Source of the DNA: an uncultured Candidatus Saccharibacteria bacterium
Lineage (GTDB): Bacteria; Patescibacteriota; Saccharimonadia; Saccharimonadales; UBA10212
DNA length: 64,000 nt
Assembly: GCA_965231085.1 (NCBI GenBank)
Contig: OZ246413.1
Coordinates: 539,234-603,233 of the forward strand
Reading direction: 5' to 3'
The notes beneath the pieces are model-generated. The model was given only the letters and a program-made list of their open reading frames with translations. It ran no database searches and was not told where the DNA came from. Made by a program: the position numbers and the translations under genes. Positions 54,772 through 63,895 of this stretch are shown here, piece by piece (within the stretch, counting starts at the first letter, position 1; every line of letters starts with the position of its first letter).

Positions 54772-54863
54772 CTATCTTTGCTTTCTTTGGTTTTTTGATT
54801 TCTTTTCGTCCTTTGTCTTTTGCCATATATCCCCCTTTAACTATAATCTTACTCTTCTTATCT

Positions 54864-55505
54864 TTAACCAGCGATAAGTTTGTCCAATTCTGGCTGAACT
54901 AGTTTGAATATAAGTTCGTGACCTTCACTGTTCGGGTGAATACCGTCTGGCATTAGCTCCTTATTAACTTGCGCGTTGGTCATAGCATCAAAAAGAGCTA
55001 TATAGATAATCGAATTTTGATTACAGAATTCTCTTAATGTTTTATCAAACAGCCTGATTCTTTCGTTGCTATAACACTTGCCAGTTGAGCTCCAGGTCAT
55101 GGGTTGCACTCGTTCGTCGACACACGGAGTTAAGCCAAGAAATATAACTCTGTCGGCATACTTTTTCACAATTTTGTAAATTTGCGTTAGTTCCTCTCTG
55201 TATTTGTCCGGTGTAGACTCAAATTCATCTCCTCTGAAAACGCTGTCGTTAACCCCTATAGAGATAATAAAACACGCCTCTTCGCCAGGCCACTGCCTAA
55301 CCCTAGACTCAAAATCGATGCGAGAGAGAAGAGTCGTCGCTGTATCTCCAGAAATTCCAAGATTAAAAATCTCAGGGTAGTCAGTGCTATTATTGGCAGC
55401 TTTTAAGGTGTTTTTATCGTAGTATTTTCTTAGTCTTGCTGCCCAACCACCTTCAGAATCCCAATAGCCTTGCGTAATACTGTCACCAAAAATTAATACT
55501 CTCAT
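54864..55505 (-). CDS. SGNH/GDSL hydrolase
   Basis: MRVLIFGDSITQGYWD (block I), GISGDT (block II), DGIHPN (block V). Confidence 0.85.
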   Translation of the reverse strand: MRVLIFGDSITQGYWDSEGGWAARLRKYYDKNTLKAANNSTDYPEIFNLGISGDTATTLLSRIDFESRVRQWPGEEACFIISIGVNDSVFRGDEFESTPDKYREELTQIYKIVKKYADRVIFLGLTPCVDERVQPMTWSSTGKCYSNERIRLFDKTLREFCNQNSIIYIALFDAMTNAQVNKELMPDGIHPNSEGHELIFKLVQPELDKLIAG

Positions 55506-55575
55506 TAATAATATTCTACTCTGTCCTTATGTTATTTATACGTTTATAAAACGTATTTGTTCTTATCAACTTATT

Positions 55576-57759
55576 CTAGTCGTTTTGTTTGATTTTTGAA
55601 GGCCACCAGTTCCATTTGCCCAGCATTGTTACTATGGAGGGAACTAGTAGGGTTCTTACAAAGAAAGTATCAAGTAAGATCCCAAAGGCTATAGAGAAGC
55701 CAATTTCTTTCATTTGTTCGCTGCCACCAACTAACCCAAATACCGCAAAAGTACCAGCAAGAATAATCCCAGCCGAGGTTACAGTACTGCCAGTAATGCC
55801 GATGGCTTTTGTAACTGCCTGCTTCAGCGAAACATTGCCGTGAGCTTCTTCTCTAATTCTACTCATGACCAGAATATTATAGTCCTCACCAAGCGCCATG
55901 GAGAATATAAACATCATGAATGGCAGAATAAAATTGAGTCCGTCGGCATGCCCGAAGTGCACAAACACTAACATCGCAAAGCCAAGAGCTGCTAGGTAGC
56001 TAAATCCAACTGTCGCAATTAAGTACCACGGAGCCACTAAGCTTTTTAGCATTATGGCTAGCAGTACTGCAATAATAATCAATACTAATGGGATGATTTT
56101 CTTCAAATCGCTGTTGGCAATGCGACCAATATCGTATGCTGCCGAATCCTGACCATAAACTTGGTTATCTACTGCACCAACACTCTTAGCAACTTTATCG
56201 AGCTCAGCTCTAAGTGCAGGTGTCGCGGCCGTTGCCTTAACGCTCCCGCTCTCCCCAGCGCTAGAGACACCATAGAATTGAACTGTTTTACCGTCTGGGC
56301 TTATGAACTGATTGATAATTACAGAGGCTGGGCTGGTTGACGCGGATTCATGAACCTCTTTGATTTGCTCGGCTGTAAAGGTAAAACCGTTAGCGCTAAA
56401 AGGTCCACTCACAGCCGTAAAGGCTGGCGAATTTGAAAGCTCGGTCTGCGCTTTATATACTGCGTCCAAGTTGTCCCAAACTGGTTTATCAAATACAAAG
56501 AATAAGGCTTGGGGATTATTCGTAGCAGCCGGGAAGTGCTTGGCAAGGGCTGTATCGCCCTTTATAGAATCGCTGCCAGCTGGAGCTGGGTCGCTAGTAA
56601 AGCCTGCTGTTTTATAACCCACTACTCCAAAACTTAGACCCGCAAAAACTATAGCTCCAGCAATAAGCATTAATTTTGGTTTTTCTATAACCTTATCTGC
56701 CACACGCCCCCAAAGACCGATCTTTGGTGCCGTCTTAACAGTTTTGCTTGGCCAAAACACAGCCCGACCAAGTATTGATAGTAGTGCGGGTAAAAAGGTT
56801 AGAGCCGAGAGCAGCATCACGCCAAGACCTATGGCCAGGGCCGGACCGAGGCCTTTGTATATTCCAAAACTAGCTAGTACTAAACAGAGTAATGCGGCAG
56901 CCACAGTAGCAGCCGAAAATGTAATACTCTCACCTACTCGGCCGAGGGCTTTTACTACAGCTTCTTTTGGTGTTAAGCCTTTCCTCAGTTCTTCGCGCAT
57001 CCTAAATACCAAGAACAATCCATAGTCGGTCCCTGCACCAAGCAGCAAAACTACTAATAGTATTTCGGTAATAAACGAGACCTGTACGCCAAGTCTAGTG
57101 GACTCGGCAATTATCGGTTGGGCGATAATCAACGATAGAGCTGCCGGCAATAATGTTACAATTGGCGCCAAAAATGCCCTGAAAACAAATAGTAGTAGGG
57201 CAATGATAAATATTACGTTATAGATTTCCGTTTTGTTCTTGCCTGAGTTATTGGCTTTTTCACTATCGACAGCTTGCGCCAATTGGCCAGCAAGATTTAC
57301 CTGCAATCCAGTTGGCAAATTAGTATTAAATTTTGCCCGAATATTAGATATAACATCAGTTATAGCTGGACCAAATGCATCGCCATTTAAACCAATTGCA
57401 TACTGATGTGCTTGACTATCTTTGGAAAGCCCGTGGTCCTGAACCTCCGTAACACTCTTAACTGTTTTTATTTCCGTTATAATTTTATCGATAGCAATAT
57501 TATCGGTTTCGGACAGTGGGCCATCAGCTCTGGAAGCTATTAATAAGGTGCCGCTCGCGGTGTCCTTTTTCTGAAACTGAGCAGCAATATCTGCAGCTTT
57601 TTGGGTCGGACTATTTTTTGGTAGGAAAGCTGAATTATCATTCTTTATAACATCAGCTATCTTAGGCAGACTGGCTGTCAGTAGAGGCACTGCCGCAATC
57701 CAAGCAATAATAATCAACCAGCGGAATCTAACGGAGAATCGTGCAATTTTCTCAAACAT
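55576..57759 (-). CDS. MMPL-family (RND superfamily) membrane transporter
   Basis: 727 aa with two 6-TM bundles each followed by a periplasmic domain. GTDYGLFLVFRMREEL and GEDYNILVMSRIREE motifs. Confidence 0.85.
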   Translation of the reverse strand: MFEKIARFSVRFRWLIIIAWIAAVPLLTASLPKIADVIKNDNSAFLPKNSPTQKAADIAAQFQKKDTASGTLLIASRADGPLSETDNIAIDKIITEIKTVKSVTEVQDHGLSKDSQAHQYAIGLNGDAFGPAITDVISNIRAKFNTNLPTGLQVNLAGQLAQAVDSEKANNSGKNKTEIYNVIFIIALLLFVFRAFLAPIVTLLPAALSLIIAQPIIAESTRLGVQVSFITEILLVVLLLGAGTDYGLFLVFRMREELRKGLTPKEAVVKALGRVGESITFSAATVAAALLCLVLASFGIYKGLGPALAIGLGVMLLSALTFLPALLSILGRAVFWPSKTVKTAPKIGLWGRVADKVIEKPKLMLIAGAIVFAGLSFGVVGYKTAGFTSDPAPAGSDSIKGDTALAKHFPAATNNPQALFFVFDKPVWDNLDAVYKAQTELSNSPAFTAVSGPFSANGFTFTAEQIKEVHESASTSPASVIINQFISPDGKTVQFYGVSSAGESGSVKATAATPALRAELDKVAKSVGAVDNQVYGQDSAAYDIGRIANSDLKKIIPLVLIIIAVLLAIMLKSLVAPWYLIATVGFSYLAALGFAMLVFVHFGHADGLNFILPFMMFIFSMALGEDYNILVMSRIREEAHGNVSLKQAVTKAIGITGSTVTSAGIILAGTFAVFGLVGGSEQMKEIGFSIAFGILLDTFFVRTLLVPSIVTMLGKWNWWPSKIKQND

Positions 57760-57811
57760 AGCTATAGTATAGCAAAATTAACTCTACAGGATTGCTTAAC
57801 TAGCTAAGCAT

Positions 57812-58000
57812 TTAGCCTAGCAGGCGATAGACTAAATATGCTGGCCAAACTAAGGCTTTAAGTAAGGCAACAACAATTTCCCCGAAGCCACTGGCTTGGT
57901 GTATGTAGAATATTGCTGCGCCAATTATGCCAAAAAAATATACGGCATCGCCCTGCCCGCCCCTATTAATAATCTTTACTGTTTTTGTTGCTTTTTCCAT
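57812..58000 (-). CDS. Small two-TM membrane protein (62 aa)
   Basis: ORF track; hydrophobic. GGAGG-like SD (aggaggc) before the ATG. Confidence 0.5.
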   Translation of the reverse strand: MEKATKTVKIINRGGQGDAVYFFGIIGAAIFYIHQASGFGEIVVALLKALVWPAYLVYRLLG

Positions 58001-58062
58001 ATTGCCTCCTAGGCCAAATTATACTCTTTAGTATAGTGGCTGTTTATAAAAATTGTTCTAGC

Positions 58063-58092
58063 GACGGGGTGGCTTAGTATCACCACCCCGTC
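58063..58092 (-). terminator. GC-rich hairpin at the 3' end of the islet-3 gene
   Basis: GACGGGGTGG-cttagtatca-CCACCCCGTC (perfect 10 bp), overlapping the TGA stop by 2 nt. Confidence 0.55.
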
Positions 58093-58900
58093 ACCACGGA
58101 GTCCTCACATGAAACTGATAGAACTGGCTCATCACAAGGGCTGACGCCTCAAGAGCGAAGTACAGCACCACGGATGAGTAGACGTGCTTGAGGCGCCTGG
58201 GCGCCGGTCGGTGGTGGTGGCGGAAGTCTCCGTCATGATGGCCACCCAAGCCGGCCGCCAGAATTAGGGCGAAGACGGCAAAAGGAGCAATCCCGGCCTT
58301 GATGACGATAACTCCAACCGTAACCACTGCCAGGCCAAGCGCGATCCGCTTGATCTGAGGTGCCGGATGGTTCTCCCGGCAGTGAAACACCGCATGGAGA
58401 ATCTTGCCACCGTCGAAGTACCAGTGGGGCAAGAGAGCGAAGCTCATCATGGCAACGTTCAGCACTGCCAGATCATGCCAAGCTCGCGTGTGGCCATCGA
58501 GGGTCAGCCCAGCAAGGCCGAGCAACACCAGCGCCGTGTTGGTCACCGGCTTGGCTACCGAAATGCGAAGTAGGCGACTGTAGCTGATGGTCGCCCAGAT
58601 GTTGGGCCGGTGGCAGAACGCCCCAGGCCCTAGCGGTGGGAAAAACACCACACTGCAGCCTTCGCCGTAGTGTCGGATCACCCCGAACCGAACGAATTCT
58701 GGCAGGAGCATGCTCCCCAGAATGACCAGCGCCTCCTGCCAGCTCTTGAAGTACCAGGCGTAGACCCAGCACGTTCCAAGCAGGCTGACAGAAAATACCG
58801 CGGCGCGGCCAAGCAGCGACTTGCGTACATACCACCGCCCGAATAGAGCGGGCCATGACTCGACCCACTGGTACAGCTCTCTTACTTGTGTCAGTTTCAA
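58091..58900 (-). CDS. High-GC polytopic membrane protein, M50 (site-2 protease)-like with degenerate active site
   Basis: LGSMLLPEFVRFGVIRHYGEGCSVVFFPPLGPGAF parallels LLHELGHxxxARxxG...PxGG of M50, but HExxH is replaced by PEFVR. NVAMMSFALLPHWYFDGGKIL parallels NxxxxxFNLLPxxPLDGG. His-rich loop GGHHDGDFRHHHR. TTG start. 43/60 G+C at 58201-58260. Confidence 0.6.
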   Translation of the reverse strand: MKLTQVRELYQWVESWPALFGRWYVRKSLLGRAAVFSVSLLGTCWVYAWYFKSWQEALVILGSMLLPEFVRFGVIRHYGEGCSVVFFPPLGPGAFCHRPNIWATISYSRLLRISVAKPVTNTALVLLGLAGLTLDGHTRAWHDLAVLNVAMMSFALLPHWYFDGGKILHAVFHCRENHPAPQIKRIALGLAVVTVGVIVIKAGIAPFAVFALILAAGLGGHHDGDFRHHHRPAPRRLKHVYSSVVLYFALEASALVMSQFYQFHVRTPW

Positions 58901-59079
58901 TTGTTAACCTCGGCGTCGATTATGGAAGAGGCACAGCTAACCAATCAGGAACGCCCCGATTACTTAGCTATGCCCCGAACGCCGAAACCACGGCAAAAAC
59001 TCCGTTAGGTTTATTTTTACAATGTTTTGCTCTCTTTATCAAGCTAATATGTAGGCCTTATTATTTGTATAATTGCTGC

Positions 59080-60306
59080 ATGAATAAACATAAGCGTAAT
59101 CAAAACGGATTTCATCATCTTGGGATTCTTGTGATTGTAGTTCTATTTATTATCGGTTTTGTGGGCTTTGCGGTATACAAAAAAGGTCCCGGTACTAACA
59201 CTAACTCTTCTACTTCGGGCGCTAATTCATCAACGACGACTGGCAGCGGACCGAATTATAGCGCTCTGCCAAAGTGCAGTAACCAGCCCCCATTCAATAC
59301 TTTGCCAACAACTCTGGCTGACTACGAACAAATAACACCACTGGGAAATGTAAACGTTCCTGATCACACTCAGCCAACAGATCATTTGTATTTTGAGTTT
59401 AAGCGAACTAATAATATGCCGACCAACCCAAGCCTTTTTGCTCCAGGCAAGATTGTCGTTACAACAATTGAGAATTCGGGTGAGAAAATAAATGGGACTC
59501 AGCTAACTGATGACTATGCTCTTTTCTTTACACCCTGTAAGGGCATGAGTTTTACTTTTGGCCATGTTCAGTCTTTGGCCGGAAAACTAGCAGATAGCAT
59601 AGCCAACGGTAAATGGGACAGCGAGTGCCAAATTGGACATCAAGCTGCCGGTATAGAAACACACTATTGCACCAAAAAAACAGACATCTTGCTATCCGCA
59701 GGGGATTTAATTGGTAAGGTTGGGGGCAAGGCCCAAATAGGCGCGTTTGACTTAAACGCATACAAAACTGGCTACGTGGATAAGGGATATATAGATACTC
59801 GCTTTGTGCCTAGCCCGAATGCTGTTTGTGCTCTAGATTACTTTGACAGCACAACAAAAGCCCAGCTTTACGCAATTATTAAGCGCACCGTGGAGCCACG
59901 TTGCGGATCAGTTGGACAAGACAAGGCCAACACTTTGCAAGGCGGTTGGTATAACAGTAATAACCCACAGGAGGCAATGCAAAATTGGAATGGGCACCTT
60001 TCTATTGTGCACGACAATTATGACCCTAGCATTGGTCTGATAGGTGTTGGTGGCACAATTAGTGACCCAAGCAAATTAAGCTTTGCACCCAGGCATACCG
60101 GCAGTATTAACCGTGAGCCTGGTGAAACATCAGCAGGTATTGTTTATTGCTATCAAGACGAGAAGCTTTTAACTAATAATAGTAATACGGCTACTGGTAA
60201 ATATTTGTTCAAGCTTACTGATAATACTTCCATGCAAGCCGAGCACAAAGATGGAACTTGCAATACGACTGAAGAACTTTCGAATCCGACATCGTTTTAC
60301 CGTTAA
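59080..60306 (+). CDS. Membrane-anchored secreted hypothetical protein (408 aa)
   Basis: Start moved to ATG 59080 (MNKHKRNQNGFHHLGILVIVVLFIIGFVGFAVY). The first 75 codons of the track ORF are read-through from the GC-rich islet. Confidence 0.65.
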   Translation: MNKHKRNQNGFHHLGILVIVVLFIIGFVGFAVYKKGPGTNTNSSTSGANSSTTTGSGPNYSALPKCSNQPPFNTLPTTLADYEQITPLGNVNVPDHTQPTDHLYFEFKRTNNMPTNPSLFAPGKIVVTTIENSGEKINGTQLTDDYALFFTPCKGMSFTFGHVQSLAGKLADSIANGKWDSECQIGHQAAGIETHYCTKKTDILLSAGDLIGKVGGKAQIGAFDLNAYKTGYVDKGYIDTRFVPSPNAVCALDYFDSTTKAQLYAIIKRTVEPRCGSVGQDKANTLQGGWYNSNNPQEAMQNWNGHLSIVHDNYDPSIGLIGVGGTISDPSKLSFAPRHTGSINREPGETSAGIVYCYQDEKLLTNNSNTATGKYLFKLTDNTSMQAEHKDGTCNTTEELSNPTSFYR

Positions 60307-60335
60307 ATATCAATAATAGAGCCCTAAGGAATGTC

Positions 60336-61094
60336 TTATATAAAGGGGACCAGGGTGCCAGTGCGTTTTTTGTATTCCTGGTAGTCTTTGTTTTTTCCCC
60401 ATTTTTGATCAGCATAGGCTTCTAATTTTGGTATTCCTGTTACAAAGATTAGTAAATAGGCAATGTATATCGGACTAATTATAGCTATGATTATTGACCA
60501 CCCGCTAAGTATCGGCAGCGCAAAAATATACAGCCCGAGCCAACACAAGATCTCTCCCAAATAATTAGGGTGGCGACTATATCTCCAAAGCCCCGAATTA
60601 ATGAACTTATCTTTGTTGATAAGGTTTTGGCTAAACACAAACTTCTGCGCATCGGCTACCGTTTCTACGCTAAATCCAACTGCCCAAATTAATAAACCTA
60701 CAAGTCCTAGGCGTGTAAGGCTCTCTGATGAACCATCCATGATTAACAAAGTTGGCAGCAAAATAACCCAAACGGAAACACCTTGTAAAACCCAAAACTG
60801 CCCAAACTTCCAAAAGTTTTCGCGCACCCCATCGAATCGACGATCTTTTTTAGTTTTCAAAATCCTAATAAGTAAAAATCCAGCAAGTCGGATTGCCCAT
60901 AGAATCACACAGATTAACGCCAGTAAATTAAGTCTTGTATGATGGCCAGATTTTAGATAACTAGCTAGAGCTAAAATAATATAAGTCCCGCCGTAACTAA
61001 AATCTGTTAGTTTATCACTCTTAAAACGGTAGGCAATTAAAAAGCCTATGATGTTTATCCCAACTGCTAGATACAAAAGATTGATAATACTCAT
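60336..61094 (-). CDS. DUF1295 / steroid 5-alpha-reductase-like membrane protein
   Basis: SGLWRYSRHPNYLGEILCWLGLY is the family signature. Confidence 0.7.
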   Translation of the reverse strand: MSIINLLYLAVGINIIGFLIAYRFKSDKLTDFSYGGTYIILALASYLKSGHHTRLNLLALICVILWAIRLAGFLLIRILKTKKDRRFDGVRENFWKFGQFWVLQGVSVWVILLPTLLIMDGSSESLTRLGLVGLLIWAVGFSVETVADAQKFVFSQNLINKDKFINSGLWRYSRHPNYLGEILCWLGLYIFALPILSGWSIIIAIISPIYIAYLLIFVTGIPKLEAYADQKWGKNKDYQEYKKRTGTLVPFI

Positions 61095-61220
61095 GCTTTT
61101 AGTTTACTACCAAGAGCACAATTACAATACGGGCTGGATTTAGCGGCAAGACCCTTATTACTCCCCCAGGTTTATTTGATATGCCTAGTTTTCTGTCCTT
61201 AAAAATTCATGAACTATAAC

Positions 61221-62015
61221 CTAGGGCAGATCATTGAGCCATTCTGAAAGAATGGATTTAACGTTCCGCATAGACTCCTCGGAGGCAACCCCACCTTTTC
61301 GATAATTATGGTCGAGTTCAGGTAATACTACTAGCTTAAAATTATTGCCGCCAACAGCTTTGGCAAATTGACGCTGGTGTTTTGGTGGGCATGGCCAGTC
61401 TTTTTCACCGACTATGTCCAATATCGGCATACGCAATTTGTTGGCTTGCTTTAGAATGTCATATTTTTTTAAATCTTCTACTACGCCCCAGCCTACCCGA
61501 GCTATGACACCGGGTTTTGATCTACTTTCTTTTTCTATATAACCCTGCTCTTGCCACAACTTCCTTTCTTCAGGATCAATGGTGGGGTAATAAAGTTGAT
61601 GGTTAATGGTTGGTGCCATGGCGGCAAGCGCCAAAACCTTTTCTGGATTTTGCTCGGCGTACCAAACAGTAGATTGTGCACCCATGCTGTGGCCACAAAG
61701 CACAAAAGGCTCTTTATACCAGTCCTGGGTTTTTGCCCAATCAATTACGTCCTCTAAGTCTTCTAGATAACTCGTGTAGGTAACATCCATGGTGTCGCCT
61801 TCGCTTTCACCAAGGGAGTTGGTAGCATCAAATCTTAAGACTATGTAATTATTCTCTAAAAATGCATCCGCGAATGCTTGAATATGCGCCTGTTCTTTAA
61901 AGCCATTTTGTCCATGGGCAATAAAAACTATCTGCTTCGGATCGTCTGGCGTATTCACCTCTATAACAAGTTTTAGGCCGTGTCGGTTTCTAATCAGAAA
62001 TTTTTCTGCTGGCAT
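61221..62015 (-). CDS. Alpha/beta-fold hydrolase
   Basis: FIAHGQNG oxyanion region and nucleophile elbow GHSMGA. Confidence 0.8.
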   Translation of the reverse strand: MPAEKFLIRNRHGLKLVIEVNTPDDPKQIVFIAHGQNGFKEQAHIQAFADAFLENNYIVLRFDATNSLGESEGDTMDVTYTSYLEDLEDVIDWAKTQDWYKEPFVLCGHSMGAQSTVWYAEQNPEKVLALAAMAPTINHQLYYPTIDPEERKLWQEQGYIEKESRSKPGVIARVGWGVVEDLKKYDILKQANKLRMPILDIVGEKDWPCPPKHQRQFAKAVGGNNFKLVVLPELDHNYRKGGVASEESMRNVKSILSEWLNDLP

Positions 62016-62034
62016 ATTGCTTAACTAGTTAAGT

Positions 62035-62475
62035 TTAATTTTCCCAACCTTTAATCTCAACACCCTCGGCACGAGCTAGTTTGGCTGCAAAAGTTCCCAA
62101 ATAATAGTCCAAGATAGGCTTACGATATTGCTGCGCCACCATTTTATCAGCCCATTCTGATTCCCAGCCCTTAATCTGTAAGCCTCTGAATCGTAGCTCT
62201 GCAGCCAGTAACTCCGCGCCTTGTTGCATATAATAAGCAACCTGGTCAGGGTCATCAGTCTTAATTTCTACAAGCTCAAAAGATGTGTCGGCAACAACTA
62301 GGCCGTCGGCTAGCCTTGCTGCCTGCCGCTCATCAGCCTGAGCCGCTCGGCGCCTTGATTCTGGTGTACTTACACCGTACAACCAAGCCAAATCCTGTTC
62401 CCTTTCGGCTACTTCCACGGGTGATGCAAAATCCCTAAGACCTTTGTATAAACCAGCCTCTCCCCATTCGGTCAT
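62035..62475 (-). CDS. Hypothetical protein with internal repeat
   Basis: ORF track. RGLQIKGWESEWADK and EGVEIKGWEN repeat. No recognised family. Confidence 0.5.
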   Translation of the reverse strand: MTEWGEAGLYKGLRDFASPVEVAEREQDLAWLYGVSTPESRRRAAQADERQAARLADGLVVADTSFELVEIKTDDPDQVAYYMQQGAELLAAELRFRGLQIKGWESEWADKMVAQQYRKPILDYYLGTFAAKLARAEGVEIKGWEN

Positions 62476-62539
62476 AGTGCTCTCCTATTAGATAAGATAG
62501 TTATACCTTTAAATAGACTTTGTGCCAAGCTATTTGAGC

Positions 62540-63853
62540 TTATGGTGCCAAGCGGTTGATGTCGCGTGGGAACAGGGTGGCCTCTTTTACGTTATTCAGC
62601 CCAATAATTTTTTGGGTCACACGCTCAAGGCCCATGCCAAAACCACCATGTGGCGGCATGCCATATTTAAAAGCTTGCAAGTAATATTTAAAGCCTGGTT
62701 GCTCTGGATCACCACCGGCTTTTGTTTTAAGTTGCTTAAGTAATTCTGGGTAGCGGTGCTCGCGCATGCTGCCGGTAGCAATCTCCACGCCGCGGAACAA
62801 CAGGTCCAGGCGATCAGCAATTTCCGGATTTTTGTCATTTGCCTTGTGGTAGAACTTCATTTCACTGGCCGGCCACTCGGTTACAAAAACGGCTTCCGAG
62901 TTAAGCTCCTTTTTAGCGTACTCGCAAATCCAACGCTCTTCATCTGGGCGAAGGTCTTTTTCTCCAACTGTGCTAGTGCCGGTAGCCTTGGTGTAAAGCT
63001 CATGAATTGCGTCCATAGTAAGGGCTGGGATTTTAGCTGGCAGCTCAGGTTTAGTGGCGTTCCACTTTTTTAACTCAGTTTCGGATGTTTTCCAGACGTA
63101 ATCGACTACCGAATTGAGTAGGTCGCTAAGCAACTGCTCTAGATCGTTGATATTAATAAAGCCCATCTCGGCATCGATGTGCATAAACTCGGTCATGTGG
63201 CGGGTTGTGGCAGACAGCTCGGCGCGGTAAGTTGGGTTAATCTCAAACGCTCGCTCCACAACTCCAACCATAATTTGTTTATAGAACTGAGCGCTTTGAG
63301 CCAATGTCGCTTCCTGACCAAAATAATCTAGCTTAAAGACTTCCGCTCCGCCCTCGGTGGCGCCTGGCAGAAGTTTTGGTGAGTTAAATTCGGTGAAATC
63401 TTGGCTTCGCAAGAATTGGCGTACACCTTCTTTGACTTCGGCTTGAATCCGAACCATAGCAGTTTCTTGCAAATTTCTTAAGCCCACTACACGGTGTTCA
63501 AAAAGAGTATCGAGATTATCCGGCTTGTGGTCTAGGGGTTTGTCGATTTCGATTGGTGATTCATCAGTAACCGGCACATCAACTGTAACAACAGCGTCGT
63601 GCAATTCTGCGCCGCCTGGAGCGCGCTCCTCGGACACTACCGTGCCCTTAACTGAGACAACTGTGCCTATTTGCAGACCACGAAGTTTCTCTATTTCTTC
63701 GTGTTTATCGAGAACAACTTGGGTTAAGCCGCCGCGGTCACGAACATTTATAAAGTTAAGACCGCCCAGCAAACGCTTTTTGTGCAGCCAGCCTTGAATT
63801 AGTACTTCTTTGCCAACATGCGAGGCAATATCGCGTGATAATACTCTTTCCAT
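62540..63853 (-). CDS. aspS: Aspartate--tRNA ligase, archaeal/type-2 class IIb (possibly non-discriminating); AsnRS not excluded
   Basis: OB-fold N-terminus (VLIQGWLHKKRLLGGLNFINVRDRGGLTQVV), motif 2 YRAELSATTRHMTEFMHIDAEM, motif 3 GGFGMGLERV, C-terminal FPRDINRLAP. 437 aa. Confidence 0.75.
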   Translation of the reverse strand: MERVLSRDIASHVGKEVLIQGWLHKKRLLGGLNFINVRDRGGLTQVVLDKHEEIEKLRGLQIGTVVSVKGTVVSEERAPGGAELHDAVVTVDVPVTDESPIEIDKPLDHKPDNLDTLFEHRVVGLRNLQETAMVRIQAEVKEGVRQFLRSQDFTEFNSPKLLPGATEGGAEVFKLDYFGQEATLAQSAQFYKQIMVGVVERAFEINPTYRAELSATTRHMTEFMHIDAEMGFININDLEQLLSDLLNSVVDYVWKTSETELKKWNATKPELPAKIPALTMDAIHELYTKATGTSTVGEKDLRPDEERWICEYAKKELNSEAVFVTEWPASEMKFYHKANDKNPEIADRLDLLFRGVEIATGSMREHRYPELLKQLKTKAGGDPEQPGFKYYLQAFKYGMPPHGGFGMGLERVTQKIIGLNNVKEATLFPRDINRLAP

Positions 63854-63895
63854 TAGCGATATTTTAACACTTTATATCTGTAAAAGGTAGGTATT

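Noticed and set aside
58855-59079. A 75-codon N-terminal extension of the 483-aa ORF.
   Set aside because: It overlaps the 5' end and GC-rich upstream region of islet 3. The internal ATG 59080 gives a typical basic N-terminus followed by a TM signal anchor.
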